NCBI GenBank assembly: GCA_951406725.2
Contig: OX597839.1
Location: 30,566,001 to 30,630,000, forward strand
Length of the DNA: 64,000 nucleotides
Direction: 5' to 3'
DNA from: Octopus vulgaris
Lineage: Eukaryota
Shown here: positions 40,931 to 53,829 of the stretch, piece after piece
Position numbering within the stretch: position 1 is the first letter of the stretch
Layout: the number at the start of each line of letters is the position of its first letter
Program-made: the position numbers and the translations under genes
Notes under the pieces: model-generated
What the model was told of the DNA's origin: nothing
The model's input: the letters and a program-made list of their open reading frames with translations, nothing else
Databases searched by the model: none

Positions 40931-41032
40931 TACCTTTCCCTTTATAAATGTCCTGAAAATTCCTCACAGCCTTGATTTTGAGGCCTCGTTTAATTTAACG
41001 CACGCACACACACACAGGTAGTATATATACAC

Positions 41033-41091
<59 letters not shown>

Positions 41092-41310
41092 CATCTTTTT
41101 ATGTGACCCTGAAAATATTATTTATGTATCCCACGCGTTCTTTAATTTTTTTACCTATGTGTCTGTGTATACATACATACACACACACATATATATATAT
41201 ATATAGATAGATAGATAGATAGATAAATTATTAGAAAGACAGATAGATACACACATACATAGACATGTACATTATATATATATTTATATATATATATACG
41301 TATATATATA

Positions 41311-41353
<43 letters not shown>

Positions 41354-41577
41354 ATACCGGGTGAGCTATAATGATTGAACACTCTTAAAATGGTAGTATT
41401 TTTGATTATAAAAATGATTTAGACTACCAGTTATATTTATCACATAACTGTCCCATCATATATATATATATATATATAAACATACATCTGTTTATATGTA
41501 TAAATATATATATACATATGTTTATATGTATAAATATATATATACACATACTCACACACACACATGGACATCTATTT

Positions 41578-41584
<7 letters not shown>

Positions 41585-41621
<37 letters not shown>

Positions 41622-41698
41622 GTATATGTGTGTATACATATATATGTATATGTGTATATATATGTATATATATGTATATGTATATATATATGTATATG

Positions 41699-41749
<51 letters not shown>

Positions 41750-41756
41750 GTATATA

Positions 41757-41793
<37 letters not shown>

Positions 41794-42035
41794 GTATATA
41801 TATATATATTATATATATATATATGTATATATATATGTATATATATATGTATATATATATGTATATATATACATATATATATGTATGTATATATATATAT
41901 GTATATATATATATGTATATATATACATATATATATGTATGTATATATATATGTATATATATACATATATATATGTATATATACATATATATGTATATAT
42001 ATACATATATATATGTATATATATACATATATATG

Positions 42036-42082
<47 letters not shown>

Positions 42083-42101
42083 GTATATATATATACATAT
42101 A

Positions 42102-42165
<64 letters not shown>

Positions 42166-42418
42166 CATATATATATGTATGTATATATATATATATATAT
42201 ATAGTATGTATATATATACATATATATATGTATGTATATATATACATATATATATGTATGTATATATATACATATATATATATGTATATATACATATATA
42301 TATGTATATATATACATATATATGTATATATATACATATATATACATATATATATGTATATATATATATGTATATATGTATACATATATATATGTATATA
42401 TATATACATATATATATG

Positions 42419-42491
<73 letters not shown>

Positions 42492-42555
42492 ATATATATA
42501 TATATGTATGTATATATATATATATATATGTATATATATACATATATATATGTAT

Positions 42556-42593
<38 letters not shown>

Positions 42594-42612
42594 GTATATA
42601 TATATATATACA
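41585..42612. repeat. ~1 kb degenerate (TA)n/(TATATG)n tract
   Basis: Directly visible. Confidence 0.97.
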
Positions 42613-43143
42613 CGGATAGATAGAAAAATATATAATTGGATAAGATGGTCAACAAGAAGGAGTACGGTTGGACAGTTATTTTTTAATCCCTCCCCATGTT
42701 TTCATATATACAGGAATTCGATTATGCAACGGTTCACCTGTATAATGGGATCCAGTTGTCATTCTTCAGCTGATCTGCAAGTGTTGTGTCCGTTAATTGC
42801 AAAACTTTCAACTTAAGATTGAAGTTTGAACAGTTATTTTTTAATCCCTACAATTGTTCCCTTACAACATAATTCTTCATATATACAGGAAGATTATGCA
42901 AATTCTTAGGGTGAACGACGTCTGTTTTGTTCTCTGCTACGTTCCTAACACACACAAGCGCGCGCGCACACGCATACGTGTGTGTGTGTGTGTGTGTATA
43001 TATTTATATATATACAGAATTTAGACAAACCGCTATCTAGTTATTCTATCAATAGTGAAAAGATATTATCTATAATCACCAAATAGAAAACTTATATATA
43101 CACACGCACTCTATATATCTATATATAAATATATACATATACA

Positions 43144-43191
<48 letters not shown>

Positions 43192-43236
43192 CATACATGC
43201 ATATATATATATGTATGTATGTATATATATATATAT

Positions 43237-43450
43237 AAAATGGAGCTGGATCTCTTCCTGTCAGATGTCCCAGATGAACCAACTTCACGGCAGGAGGGGC
43301 AGATGAGGGCAGCTGCATCGAACTCTCTCATACACCAAATAGCAGTTGCTAGAAAGCCTCCATGAAGTGAAACCAAGTAGCAACACCAAATGGCGGTGCC
43401 CCAGCATGGCCACAGCTCATAAGCTGAAACTAGAATCAATCAATCAATCA
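43237..43450 (+). mobile_element. CR1/L2-group LINE 3' end, near-identical to 25437-25650
   Basis: Only a few substitutions over ~210 bp; (ATCA)n tail. Confidence 0.93.
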
Positions 43451-43471
43451 TATATATATATATATATATAT

Positions 43472-43868
43472 ACTCTACTCTACTCTTTACTCTTTTACTT
43501 GTTTCAATCATTTGACTGCGGCCATGCTGGAGCACCGCCTTTAGTCGAGCAAATCGACCCCGGGACTTATTCTTTGTAAGCCCAGTACTTATTCTATCGG
43601 TCTTTTTTGCCGAACCGCTAAGTGACGGGGACGTAAACACACCAGCATCGGTTGTCAAGCAATGCTAGGGGGACAAACACACACACATATATATATATAC
43701 ATATATACGACAGGCTTCTTTCAGTTTCCGTCTACGAAATCCACTCACTAGGCATTGGTCGGCCCGGGGCTATAGCAGAAGACACTTGCCCAAGATGCCA
43801 CGCAGTGGGACTGAACCCGGAACCATGTGGTTGGTTAGCAAGCTACTTATCACACAGCCACTCCTGCG

Positions 43869-43870
<2 letters not shown>
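43472..43870 (-). mobile_element. SINE family A, full length
   Basis: Reverse-complement homolog of 29231-29646. Confidence 0.95.
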
Positions 43871-43894
<24 letters not shown>

Positions 43895-43906
<12 letters not shown>

Positions 43907-44224
43907 GAAATGAGGTAATCAGAAGATCGGATGGTTCATATTTATAGATATTTATTTATATATTACATTTTTTACATATATATATCATATCATTCAGATC
44001 ATATCATTCAGATTATTAGCGCTTTCTCCCATTCAAGTGGGGTTTTCAAATCAAATTAATTAATTTGATTTGAAAACCCCACTTGAATGGGAGAAAGCGC
44101 TAATAATCTGAATGATATGATCTGAATGATATGATAGATATATGTAAAAAATGTAATATATAAATAAATATCTATAAATATGAACCATCCGATCTTCTGA
44201 TTACCTCATTTCTTCTAATATATA
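43895..44224. repeat. Spacerless 330-bp palindrome (165-bp arms, 1 mismatch seen)
   Basis: Centre TCAAATTAA|TTAATTTGA at 44059/44060. Confidence 0.96.
44066..44106 (+). ncRNA. Hammerhead-like motif with U3:A8 core (mirror copy on minus strand at ~44013-44053)
   Basis: TTGAAAA-C-CCCA(CTTGAA)TGGG-A-GAAAG-CG-CTA; stem I weak. Confidence 0.5.
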
Positions 44225-44249
44225 CTACCTGTACATCATCTCCAAACCT

Positions 44250-44303
<54 letters not shown>

Positions 44304-44779
44304 CTTTGTATACACGTCAGTACCCACACATATATAAATATATATATATCATTATACACTCTAGCATAATGTATAACAATCGTTGTATTTAATTGTTATT
44401 GATAAATTTTTGAGAACTTTGAAAATATTGATATTATTATTATTATTATTGGAGAGACAAGAGACGGACTTATCAAGTTTCTTAGTTTTGTCATGATAAT
44501 AATATTGAGGGTTGTCTCAAAGATGTTTCAGTGAAGAGGAATGTTTTGTAAACGAAATGCATTCGTCTTACTGTCACCATTGGTTTACTGTTTGCCCAAC
44601 CCGTACAACTCTGTTATACAGCCAGTCATTTAATCAAATATATATGTAACACACACACACACACAAACACATATATACACACACGTACACATATACATAT
44701 CTATGTATACACACACAGGCACACATTTATATATACATACATATATGTACATATACATATGTATGTATATATATATATG

Positions 44780-44814
<35 letters not shown>

Positions 44815-44816
<2 letters not shown>

Positions 44817-45085
44817 AGGCGAAATGGCCCAGTGATTAGGTCGTAAGATCGCGGTTTCGATTCCCAGACCAGTCATTGTGTTTATTGAGCGAAAACATTT
44901 AAAGCTCCACGAGGCTCCGGCAGGGGGTGAACCCTGCTGTACTCTTTCACCACAACTATCTCTCACTCTTTCTTGTTTCTGTTGTACCTGTATTTCAAAG
45001 GGCCAACTTTTTCACACTCTGCACGTTAATTTCCGTTGATTGGATCAACTGGAACCCTCGTCGTCGCAACCGACTGAGTGCCGTA
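44815..45085 (+). mobile_element. tRNA-derived SINE family D (deleted head)
   Basis: GGAGGCGAAATGGCCCAGTGATTAGG (A box), GGTTTCGATTCCC (B box), distinct body. Confidence 0.65.
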
Positions 45086-45097
45086 GTAATATGTATA

Positions 45098-45186
<89 letters not shown>

Positions 45187-45254
45187 ATGTATGTTTATAC
45201 ATACATGTATACACATATACATACACATGCATATATATACCTACACATATATAT

Positions 45255-45614
45255 TCTTTTATTCCTTTACTTGTTTCCGTCATCTGACTGCCGCCATGCT
45301 GGAGCACCGGCTTATAGGGTTTTTAGCCTAAGAAATCGATTCCAGGGCTTATTCTTTATCCGCCTTGTACTTACTCTATCGTTCTCTTTGCTTAGTTACG
45401 GGCACATAGAAACACCAACATCGGTTGTCAAGCGATGGTGGGGGTGCAAACATTTCTACTGGACGGGCTTCTGTCAGTCTCCGTTTGCCAAATCCACTCA
45501 CAAGGCTGTGGTCGACCCGATGCTATAATAGAAGATACTTACCCAAGGTGCCATGCAGCTCGACTGAACCCAGAACTATTTTGTTGGGAAGCAAGCTTCT
45601 TACCACATAGCCAC
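45255..45614 (-). mobile_element. SINE family A, diverged full length
   Basis: Head, body and tail homology. Confidence 0.85.
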
Positions 45615-45694
45615 ACATATTTGTTCATATATATACATAAATATGCACACACACATATATGTACATGTATATGTACATATATATATATATACAT

Positions 45695-45725
<31 letters not shown>

Positions 45726-46049
45726 CATATATATGAACGTATATATACTTATGTATATGTACGTATATATGCATATGTATATATATATACATATATATGT
45801 GTACGTATATATATGCATATATATGTACATAAACATGTATATACACACACATACACATCCCGTTATATACACACACATACACGTATGTATACACATACAT
45901 GCATATACATTTATATATATATGCATATGCGTAGGCATACGTATGTATATGTATTTATATATACATAGACATGTATGTGAAACTGTTGGTATGTAGCCAT
46001 TCGCGCACATATAACGTGCATAAAATGAATGAATCTAATATGATATTGA

Positions 46050-46260
46050 TTTCAAATTTTGGCTCAAGGCCGGTGGGTCCGAGGGAGAAGCTAAGTCGAT
46101 TAAATCGCGTCCAGTGTTCGACTGGTTCGTACTTTATCGAACACCGACAGGATGAAAGGCAAAGTCGACGTCAGCGGGATTCGAACTTAGAACGTAATGA
46201 TGGAGGAAATACTGCGAAGCAATTGGCCAGGACTACCAACGCTTCTGCCATCTCGCCGCC
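46050..46260 (-). mobile_element. SINE family B, diverged
   Basis: GGATGAAAGGCAAAGTCGAC...CTCGCCGCC. Confidence 0.8.
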
Positions 46261-46382
46261 TAATATCGTATTAAAGATTCTCAGAAGTATTTCGTGATAG
46301 AGAAGGGACGAAAAAGCGCCCGCGTGCACAATCACAGACACATGCATACACACACACGTGTGCGCGCGCGCATGTATGTACA

Positions 46383-46430
<48 letters not shown>

Positions 46431-46538
46431 TGTACATACATATAAAAATATATATATATTACTAAATGAAAGTAGGTATGCATAAATACATTTCAATATA
46501 TATAGGTATATCAACATGCAGTCATACAAACGTGTGTG

Positions 46539-46629
<91 letters not shown>

Positions 46630-46998
46630 ATGAATGATATGATTGATTGATTGATTCTAGTTTCAGCTCATGAGCTGTGGCCATGCTGGGGCACCGCCAT
46701 TTATGTGTATTTATTTGTGTGCGGTCTCTTATTACGTATAAATATGTTTATAGAAGACACACGAAACCATTTCCGACTATTTTGTGGCAGAAAACTAAGA
46801 CCACGTGCATATACAAATGTGTGGGGCGGTGTCTTTATATACATACATATATACATACATGCATACATTCATACATATATTCATACATGCATACAAACAT
46901 ACAAATATGTATTGTGTAGGTGTGTATATGTCGTTAGATCCACGCCTAATATATATGATATATACACACATACACATGCACATTTATACATATATATG

Positions 46999-47045
<47 letters not shown>

Positions 47046-47084
47046 CATATATAAATCACTCTCTCTCTCTCCCTCTCTGAGTGT

Positions 47085-47146
<62 letters not shown>

Positions 47147-47969
47147 CAGATGGTGCTAGCAAATTAGACATGTCCTGGGCCAATCATTGTTCGAAACATA
47201 TCTCAGTTACCTAAGTTATTTATATATATATATATATGTGTATATATATATATATATATGTACATATATACATACGTAAACGTATAAATATGTGTGTGTA
47301 TTTTACATGCGTGCACACATGCATACACCCATACATTCGTACGTGCTTGTTTTACATCTATATACACAGATAGCACGTGTATGTATGTATATATATTGTG
47401 TGTGTGTATATGTGATTATACCATTTTCGTCAGAAGATCCTGGAAGTGACAAACAGTTGAAAGAAAGCCCCCCCCCCCACCGCTTCCTCTCTCTGGCCCC
47501 TCTAACCCCTTCTTCTCGCCCTCTGTTTGTGGGTGGTAAAAAAAAGGTAGCGGCGTCCTCTCTAATTTTATTCGACAGCCACATGATAGCAGCTATCATA
47601 GCTCCCTAAACAATTAGAGACCGACCTGTTGTTTGGCAGAAGGGATAATTGGTGGCTGGTGGGAGTGAGGGTGACGGTGGGAGTGGTGGTGGTGATGTAG
47701 TAGTAGTAGTAGTAGTAGTGGTGATGATGGTGATGCTTGTAGAGGTGGTGGTGATTGTCATTGTACAGCTGACGGTTGTGTGGTTGTGTAGTGGTTTGTG
47801 TTGTGGTGTTTCTAATTTCAGTGGATGACAGTACTGGTGGTGGTGGTGGCGATGAAGGGAATGATGGTTATGCTGGAAGTATTGGTGGATGGTTGAGTTT
47901 TTGAGCTGGTGACGGTGGTAGTTGTGGTGGAGATGACCATGCTTTGATGGTTTGTATGAAGGTTTGCTA

Positions 47970-48204
47970 AGGCGGCGAGCTGGCAGAACCGTTAACACGC
48001 CGGGCGAAATGCGTAGCCGTATTTCGTCTGCCGTTACGTTCTGAGTTCAAATTCCGTCGAGATCGACTTTGCCTTTCATCCTTTCCGGGTCGATAAATTA
48101 AGTACCAGTTACGCACTGGGATCGATATAATCAACTTAATCCGTTTGTCTGTCCTTGTTTGTCCTCTCTGTGTTTAGCCCCTTGTGGGTAGTAAAGAAAT
48201 AGGT
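47970..48204 (+). mobile_element. SINE family B
   Basis: GGCGGCGAGCTGGCAGAACCGTTAAC head; homolog of 20063-20295. Confidence 0.92.
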
Positions 48205-48257
48205 GGACAAGTCTTCGTAATCTAATTTATCGGACACTGACGGTTAGAAAGGTAATC

Positions 48258-48300
<43 letters not shown>

Positions 48301-48309
48301 TTCTTTTTA

Positions 48310-49025
48310 TCTCGGGTTTTGTTGGAACTCCTGGAGTCTCGCATGCGTAGCGGGCTTCCTGCCTGCAGCCTACGGTACCATGCTTCCACACGTCGGAAAT
48401 GCCCGGGCATTGCAAGACTTGTGCGATTATGTCGAACAGCTGCTGTCACGTGTGGGACGGGTCCGTCCGTCGGCCGAGTCTATAGGGATGTCTGACCCTT
48501 CGCCATCCTTCATTTGGGCAGGCAAGGTAGTTCTCCTTTGCCTGGTGGCTGTAGCGAAAGAGGTTGTTTGGCGGACAAGGCTGAAAGGCATGAGAACAGA
48601 TCCTTTCCTCTTTGGTAGAGGACGGACAGTGAAGTGCTGTCCTCGAGTGAGTTTATTGAAAGGTGGGTGAAAGTTCCGAAAATGGCAAGAGTGGATGGTA
48701 CCTCTCTAAGTGTAGACCTGTAAATCGAAGAGAAGGAATTGGGGAGGGCACTTGCTTATAGGGTTTCAGGGAAATCTCAGACAGCAGGGTTACTCGATTA
48801 TCTTTAGAGGCCTTCCTGTCTCAGGAGAGTTACATTTCTCCCCACTTTTTTTTCTTTAAACCTTTGTATGCTATGCGTATGTCCCTTTCCTTTTCGTTGT
48901 ATACCTTGTATACTTTTAAAAAAATTATTTTATCATTTCATTATATGTAACCCCTCAACACACACCTTATGTCTGTCTGAGTATTGTCCCCCCCCCTCAT
49001 CCTTCGCCAGGTGGCAAATAAATAA
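48310..49025 (+). mobile_element. L1/Tx1-group 3' end remnant
   Basis: DYVEQLLSRVGRVRPSAESI...LVAVAKEVVWRTRLKG homologous to 22936-23487; ends near AATAAAT. Confidence 0.75.
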
Positions 49026-49234
49026 CATCATCATTGTTGAGCTGGCAGAATCGTTAGCACGCCGGGCGAAGTACTTTTCATCCTTTCGGGGTCGATTAAA
49101 TAAGTACCAGTTACACACTAGGGTTATGTAATCGACTTATTCCCTTCCCCCAAATATGAGGCCTTGTGCTTTCAGTAGAAAGGATTATTATTATCATTAT
49201 TATTATTATTAATATTATCATCATCATTATTATT

Positions 49235-49639
49235 ATTAATTGTTATCGCCATATTAATATGGCATTCTTATAGATATAAGAATAATCGCTGCCATGGTCA
49301 GCTCCATGAGGCCACCGCCATCAAGATAGCTATTGATACACGATCTGTATCCATTATAACCTTCGAACAAGGGAGGTCAGCCGCTTCACACTGCCAGTCC
49401 GACAGCTACAGACGCGTTTCGGGGTATTGCCCCTTGTCAATGTAGCGCTGTCAGACCCGCAGGTGTCGCCACTGACGTCTCTGTTCGAAGGCTTATATTT
49501 ACCTAGTTCGAAGGTTATAATGGACACAGATCGTGTATCAATAGCTATCTTGATGACGGTGGCCTCATGGAGCTGACCATGGCAGCGATTATTCTTATAT
49601 CTATAAGAATGCCATATTAATATGGCGATAACAATTAAT
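49235..49639. mobile_element. Foldback element: 134-bp inverted arms (2 mismatches) around a 137-bp spacer carrying a hammerhead
   Basis: 49235-49368 pairs with 49506-49639. Confidence 0.93.
49401..49452 (-). ncRNA. Intact-looking type I minimal hammerhead ribozyme, U3:A8 variant
   Basis: GACA-GC-GCTACA-TTGACAA-GGGG(CAATA)CCCC-GAAAC-GC-GTC-TGTAGC-TGTC; stem I 6+4 bp, stem II 4 bp, palindromic stem III ACGCGT, GUC triplet. Confidence 0.82.
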
Positions 49640-49721
49640 TTCCAGTAAACGCTGCCATAATCTCTTTTATAGAGACTTAGTAATTTTAATATTTCTATTA
49701 TTATTATTATTACTACTACTA

Positions 49722-49902
49722 CTACTTCTGCCTTAGCGAAGGTGGAGGTATTGTTTTCAGTTCCTGTTTGTCTGTCCGTGGGCAAGATATCTTAAGAACC
49801 GCTGGATAGATTCGGATGAAATTTTCAGGGATGTTTGGCATCGTGACTGGCGCAAACCGATTAGATTTTGGAATCAGTCTGGTACCGGACAAGGATTCTG
49901 GG
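49722..49902 (+). mobile_element. Helentron-associated (HINE/DINE-1-like) 5' fragment
   Basis: 5' hairpin TACTTCTGCCTT...AAGGTGGAGGTA followed by TTGTTTTC, GTCTGTCCGT and GATATCTTAAGAACCGCTGGATAGATT...ATGAAATTT. Confidence 0.55.
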
Positions 49903-49920
49903 TTATTTATTATATATATA

Positions 49921-50149
49921 TTTCTTTACTACCCACAAGGGGCTAAACACAGAGGGGACAAACAAGGACAGACAAACGGATTAAGTCGATTACATCGACC
50001 CCAATGCGCAACTGGTACTTAATTTATCGACCCCGAGAGGATGAAAGGCTAAGTCGACCTCGGCGGAATTTGAACCCAGGACGTAGCGGTAGACGAAATA
50101 CGGCTACGCATTTCGCCCGGCGTGCTAACGATTCTACCAGCTCGCCGCC
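49921..50149 (-). mobile_element. SINE family B
   Basis: Reverse-complement homolog of 47970-48204. Confidence 0.92.
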
Positions 50150-50159
50150 TTATTATATA

Positions 50160-50665
50160 CTAGCAGTATCGCCCGGCGTTGCTCGGGTTTGTAAGGGAAA
50201 TAACTATATAAGCATTTTTAGAGAGTTACTTCCCTTATAAATTCGGGCTTTCTTAGCCATTTTTGTTTTGGTGTCTTCAAGCCATGAAGTCGTTGTTCTA
50301 AAAGAACGCTGGTTTCCTTCACAACGCATTACGACGTTGATTTCTTTACACTCCCTTCCCCACAGCTTCACGAGGGAGGGAAGGGGGAGAAGCAAACAGG
50401 TGCAGCTGTGAGCGTGGACGCCAACTCCGCCGCCATCGACATACGATGCATTTTATGCATTAAAATGGAATAAAAAATGATGTTAAATTATTTTTAAAAT
50501 CGTAGACTCATCGTTGACGCGCACTAATAGTCAGACGGGCTCGATATGAATCACGACTATAAGATACCCGAATTTGGTTAAACTGCACCGCAAAATGTGG
50601 GAGGAGTTAGGAATCTAAATCGAAGGGGACAGACACTCACACAACTAGAGTTTTATATATATAGA
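50160..50665 (-). mobile_element. Non-autonomous Helitron
   Basis: A|TCTATATATATAAAACT start, 3' hairpin CCCG-AGCAACGC-CGGG then CTAG|T; same family as 61846-62149. Confidence 0.9.
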
Positions 50666-51339
50666 TATACTTTACATGATAACGATCTTACGTCGCTTTC
50701 AAGTCTTTCTCAATTATCTCCCTTTAGGCTGTTTCCAAAGTTTTATTTTCGTTTCTTTATTAGTAATTTTACTCGTGTCTCTATCTTAGTAGAAACTGAT
50801 GGATAAAGAAATCGAACCACATAAACACACGGCAGCAAAACCGTTCAGAAATTAAATGACGCTAACATATTTTTATTATATATATATATATATATATATA
50901 TATCATCTAAAACAACTACAATTTTTAGAGTGGCATAGAACACAGTGGGGATCAGAGGGTTGTAATTCCTTTCCAATTTATCTATCCCCTTATCTTCAGG
51001 AAAAAATCTAAGACTAGAAGACTGCGTTTTAGAATAAAGAGCAAAGTGAGTTGACCCTGGATGCTGGTCATAAATTTCGTGCTGACACAGGTATCCCTCA
51101 ACCCACAAAACTTTAGAAAGAGTCAATTGGATAGCAGTGAATGTCTATAAAAGAGGTTGGGTAGGGGTGACATTAATTCATGATGTCGTTACCAGTTAAA
51201 GGGGCATACACTATGAACCTTAGGATGCTACAATGAGATTCATGAAAACATTAGGGGCTCAAGGGGAGAACGTTTATAAACAAATATTAGTGCTTTTTTG
51301 TTAGAAATCATCTCCTTTCGAGGAAGAATTCAAAAGATC

Positions 51340-51520
51340 CTTTTCATTATAGGCACAAGGTCTGAAATTTTGGGGTAGGGGGCTAGTCGATAATATCGAC
51401 CCCAGTGCTCAACTTGTACTTATTTCATTGATTCCAAAACGATTAAAAGCAAAGTCGACCTGGGACGAAATGCCGCTAAGCATTTTACCCGGTGTGCTGC
51501 CGATTATTGCAGCTCGCCAC
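51340..51520 (-). mobile_element. SINE family B, deleted and diverged
   Basis: ATCGACCCCAGT...AAAGTCGACC...AGCTCGCC. Confidence 0.78.
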
Positions 51521-52147
51521 GATAAAGAAGAATTTAGACAAAAAACCCAGAAGAAAGACATTGTCGAACGAGATTACATTCTGGTGACTGTATGAAATAA
51601 AAATTTAAGTCTCTCTCTACGACAAAACACCAGTTTGTCACCTGTTACCAACCACCACATCACCCTCCGCCACCACCACCACCACCACCAGTCACATCTC
51701 GGCGGTTCTTAAAAAATGTCGAACTTGTCAGTCAATACTAGTTTTTTTTCAAATTTGAAAGATTTTTTCCCACCGTCCCCTCATAAACATGTCGAGAACT
51801 ACATGCACATATATAACATATTACATGAAATAAAAAAGGCAGACGATCTGTGTGGTATGTGTGTGTGTGTGTACGAATGTGTGTGTGTGTGCAAATTGTG
51901 CGCGCGCGCGCAGCGTCTAATCTCGATGTCACACGGTGTCGGCCAACCTGACATTAAACCATAAAATGTGAGCTCTTCTGACATTGTAAAATAGGAAATT
52001 CGATCTGAGTTTATGTTCACGAGTCATCGGTGTCTTGGCTTCTCATAAAATATAGACATGAATATGTGTGTGTGCGTCTGCGTGTGTTTGTCGATAGATA
52101 GATGCCGGGGAGATAAACACACACACACACACACACACAAAATGTGG

Positions 52148-52295
52148 ACTTCTTTCAGTCTCCATCGACCAAATCCTCACTCAAGGTTTTCGTCGACCCC
52201 AGTCTATAGTAGAAGACACGTACTCAAGGTTCCACGCAGCGGGACTGAACCCAAAACCATGTGGTTGGGAAGCAAACTTTTTACCTCACAGCCAC
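52148..52295 (-). mobile_element. SINE family A 5' half
   Basis: GGGACTGAACCCAAAACCATGTGGTTGGGAAGC. Confidence 0.82.
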
Positions 52296-53829
52296 GATTA
52301 AATTAAAATTTTTTTTTTTATACTATCTATTTTTACATAACCCAAAGGAATGAACCAAATCAGTGTCTATTTTGAGGAAAACCTCTATTCCGGAGCTTAA
52401 ACTCTGGGTCATTCCATTTTCCGATACATGGACTGAAATATCCGAGATTCAAAAAACAAAATATTTTAGGACTTTCTGTGTCATATTTAAAACAAGTGCT
52501 TTGACCGATCAATTCTATGATGTGCAGTTGGCCAAACGGTGAGGTGTCAGTCACAAATCGACCCCCTCCACTTTACACAAAGCTTCTGTCTCGTTCAAGA
52601 CTTTGTTGCACAATCCGACATGCACTGTTAAATCACGTGATGCAGTGTGACTGACTGACTGTATCTTTGGCTTTCTTCATTGTTCAGTCTGTAACCGTAC
52701 TTCCATAGATTCTACTAACGGTGACCTCAGCCAGTGGACTCAAAGTGCAACAGTTGCCACTTCTCTGCATCCAAACTCAGGGTTGGGGCGGGGCTGAGTT
52801 ATTTTTGTAGAAATGTTTTCCTTGTGCTTGTTCAGACTGAGCAGGAGAGACAGTATTTTAATACTGTTTTAGGGTGTTGTTATTATCTGGGGCGTGGGAG
52901 GTTGTTTTTCATGTAACAACAGGGTCTGGCGGAGAGGAGGAACAGATGAAGCTTGTTACAACAAGCTCTCTTGATGTTGTTTCATTCCTACTAATTTAAT
53001 TTGGTTGATGTCTTGGGTGTTAATTTGTAGTCTTTCTAGTTTATTGGAGTTTGGAGTGGCGAAGTTGTAGCCTAGATGTCATAAACATACAATCCAGGAA
53101 GAAGTTAATGTATTTGTCTATACACCATTGCTGTTGTCTCTTTCTGTTGGTTAAATGTGGGACTTTTGATCGTTCTCAATATGTTTGTATTCTATCTCTT
53201 TTCTGTCTATCTTTCCTCTTGTTCTTCTTCCTTTCTGTTTTTCTCTCCCACCCTTTCCCTATTCTTATCCTCTCCCCTTCACCGTCCCCCCTCTCTCTCT
53301 CACTCTTCTTGACTCTCTCGTTGGTCACACGTGACCAACGCCCATCCATCTGTCTTCTACTTCCTTCCTAAAGACAAAACGTGTTTTTATCTGTCTCTTC
53401 TCAAAGCTCGTTTTTCCAGCGTTCACCACTTCACATCGGCTTGGCTTAACAGCCCTCACCGTTTGTTTTTACTGTTTTGTTCTCACTGTACTGTTTTTGT
53501 TACCGCTCTCACCCGCCGCAAAAAATCCCAAATTTTATTTAATTTGCTTTGCGGGAAGGACTTTTAACGAAGACGCGTCTTGTCCTTACCTTCGAAATGC
53601 GGAGTAGATAAAACAGGGGACAACCGATGAAGGGAATGTTCTTTATGTTGCATGTCTCGCTTCTCTGTTTGTTTGTTTTTTCGTTGTTCGAAAAACAGTT
53701 CGTTTTTTTATGTTTTTGTTTTTTATGCTCTCGTTTCTCATTTTGTCTACGTTTTTTGATGCCCTGTACCCATACATGCATGTATATATACATATATATA
53801 TGTAGGTATGTACATATATGTATGTATAT

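Larger units (their letters stand above)
40612..41005. mobile_element. Inverted pair of PLE pLTR-like units (~185 bp arms), each with a hammerhead motif
   Basis: Diverged arms 40612-40797 and 40820-41005. Confidence 0.8.

Noticed and set aside
44530-44570. GTGAAGA...CGAAATGCATT hammerhead-like string
   Set aside because: No 3:8 pair and no stem I or II; probably chance
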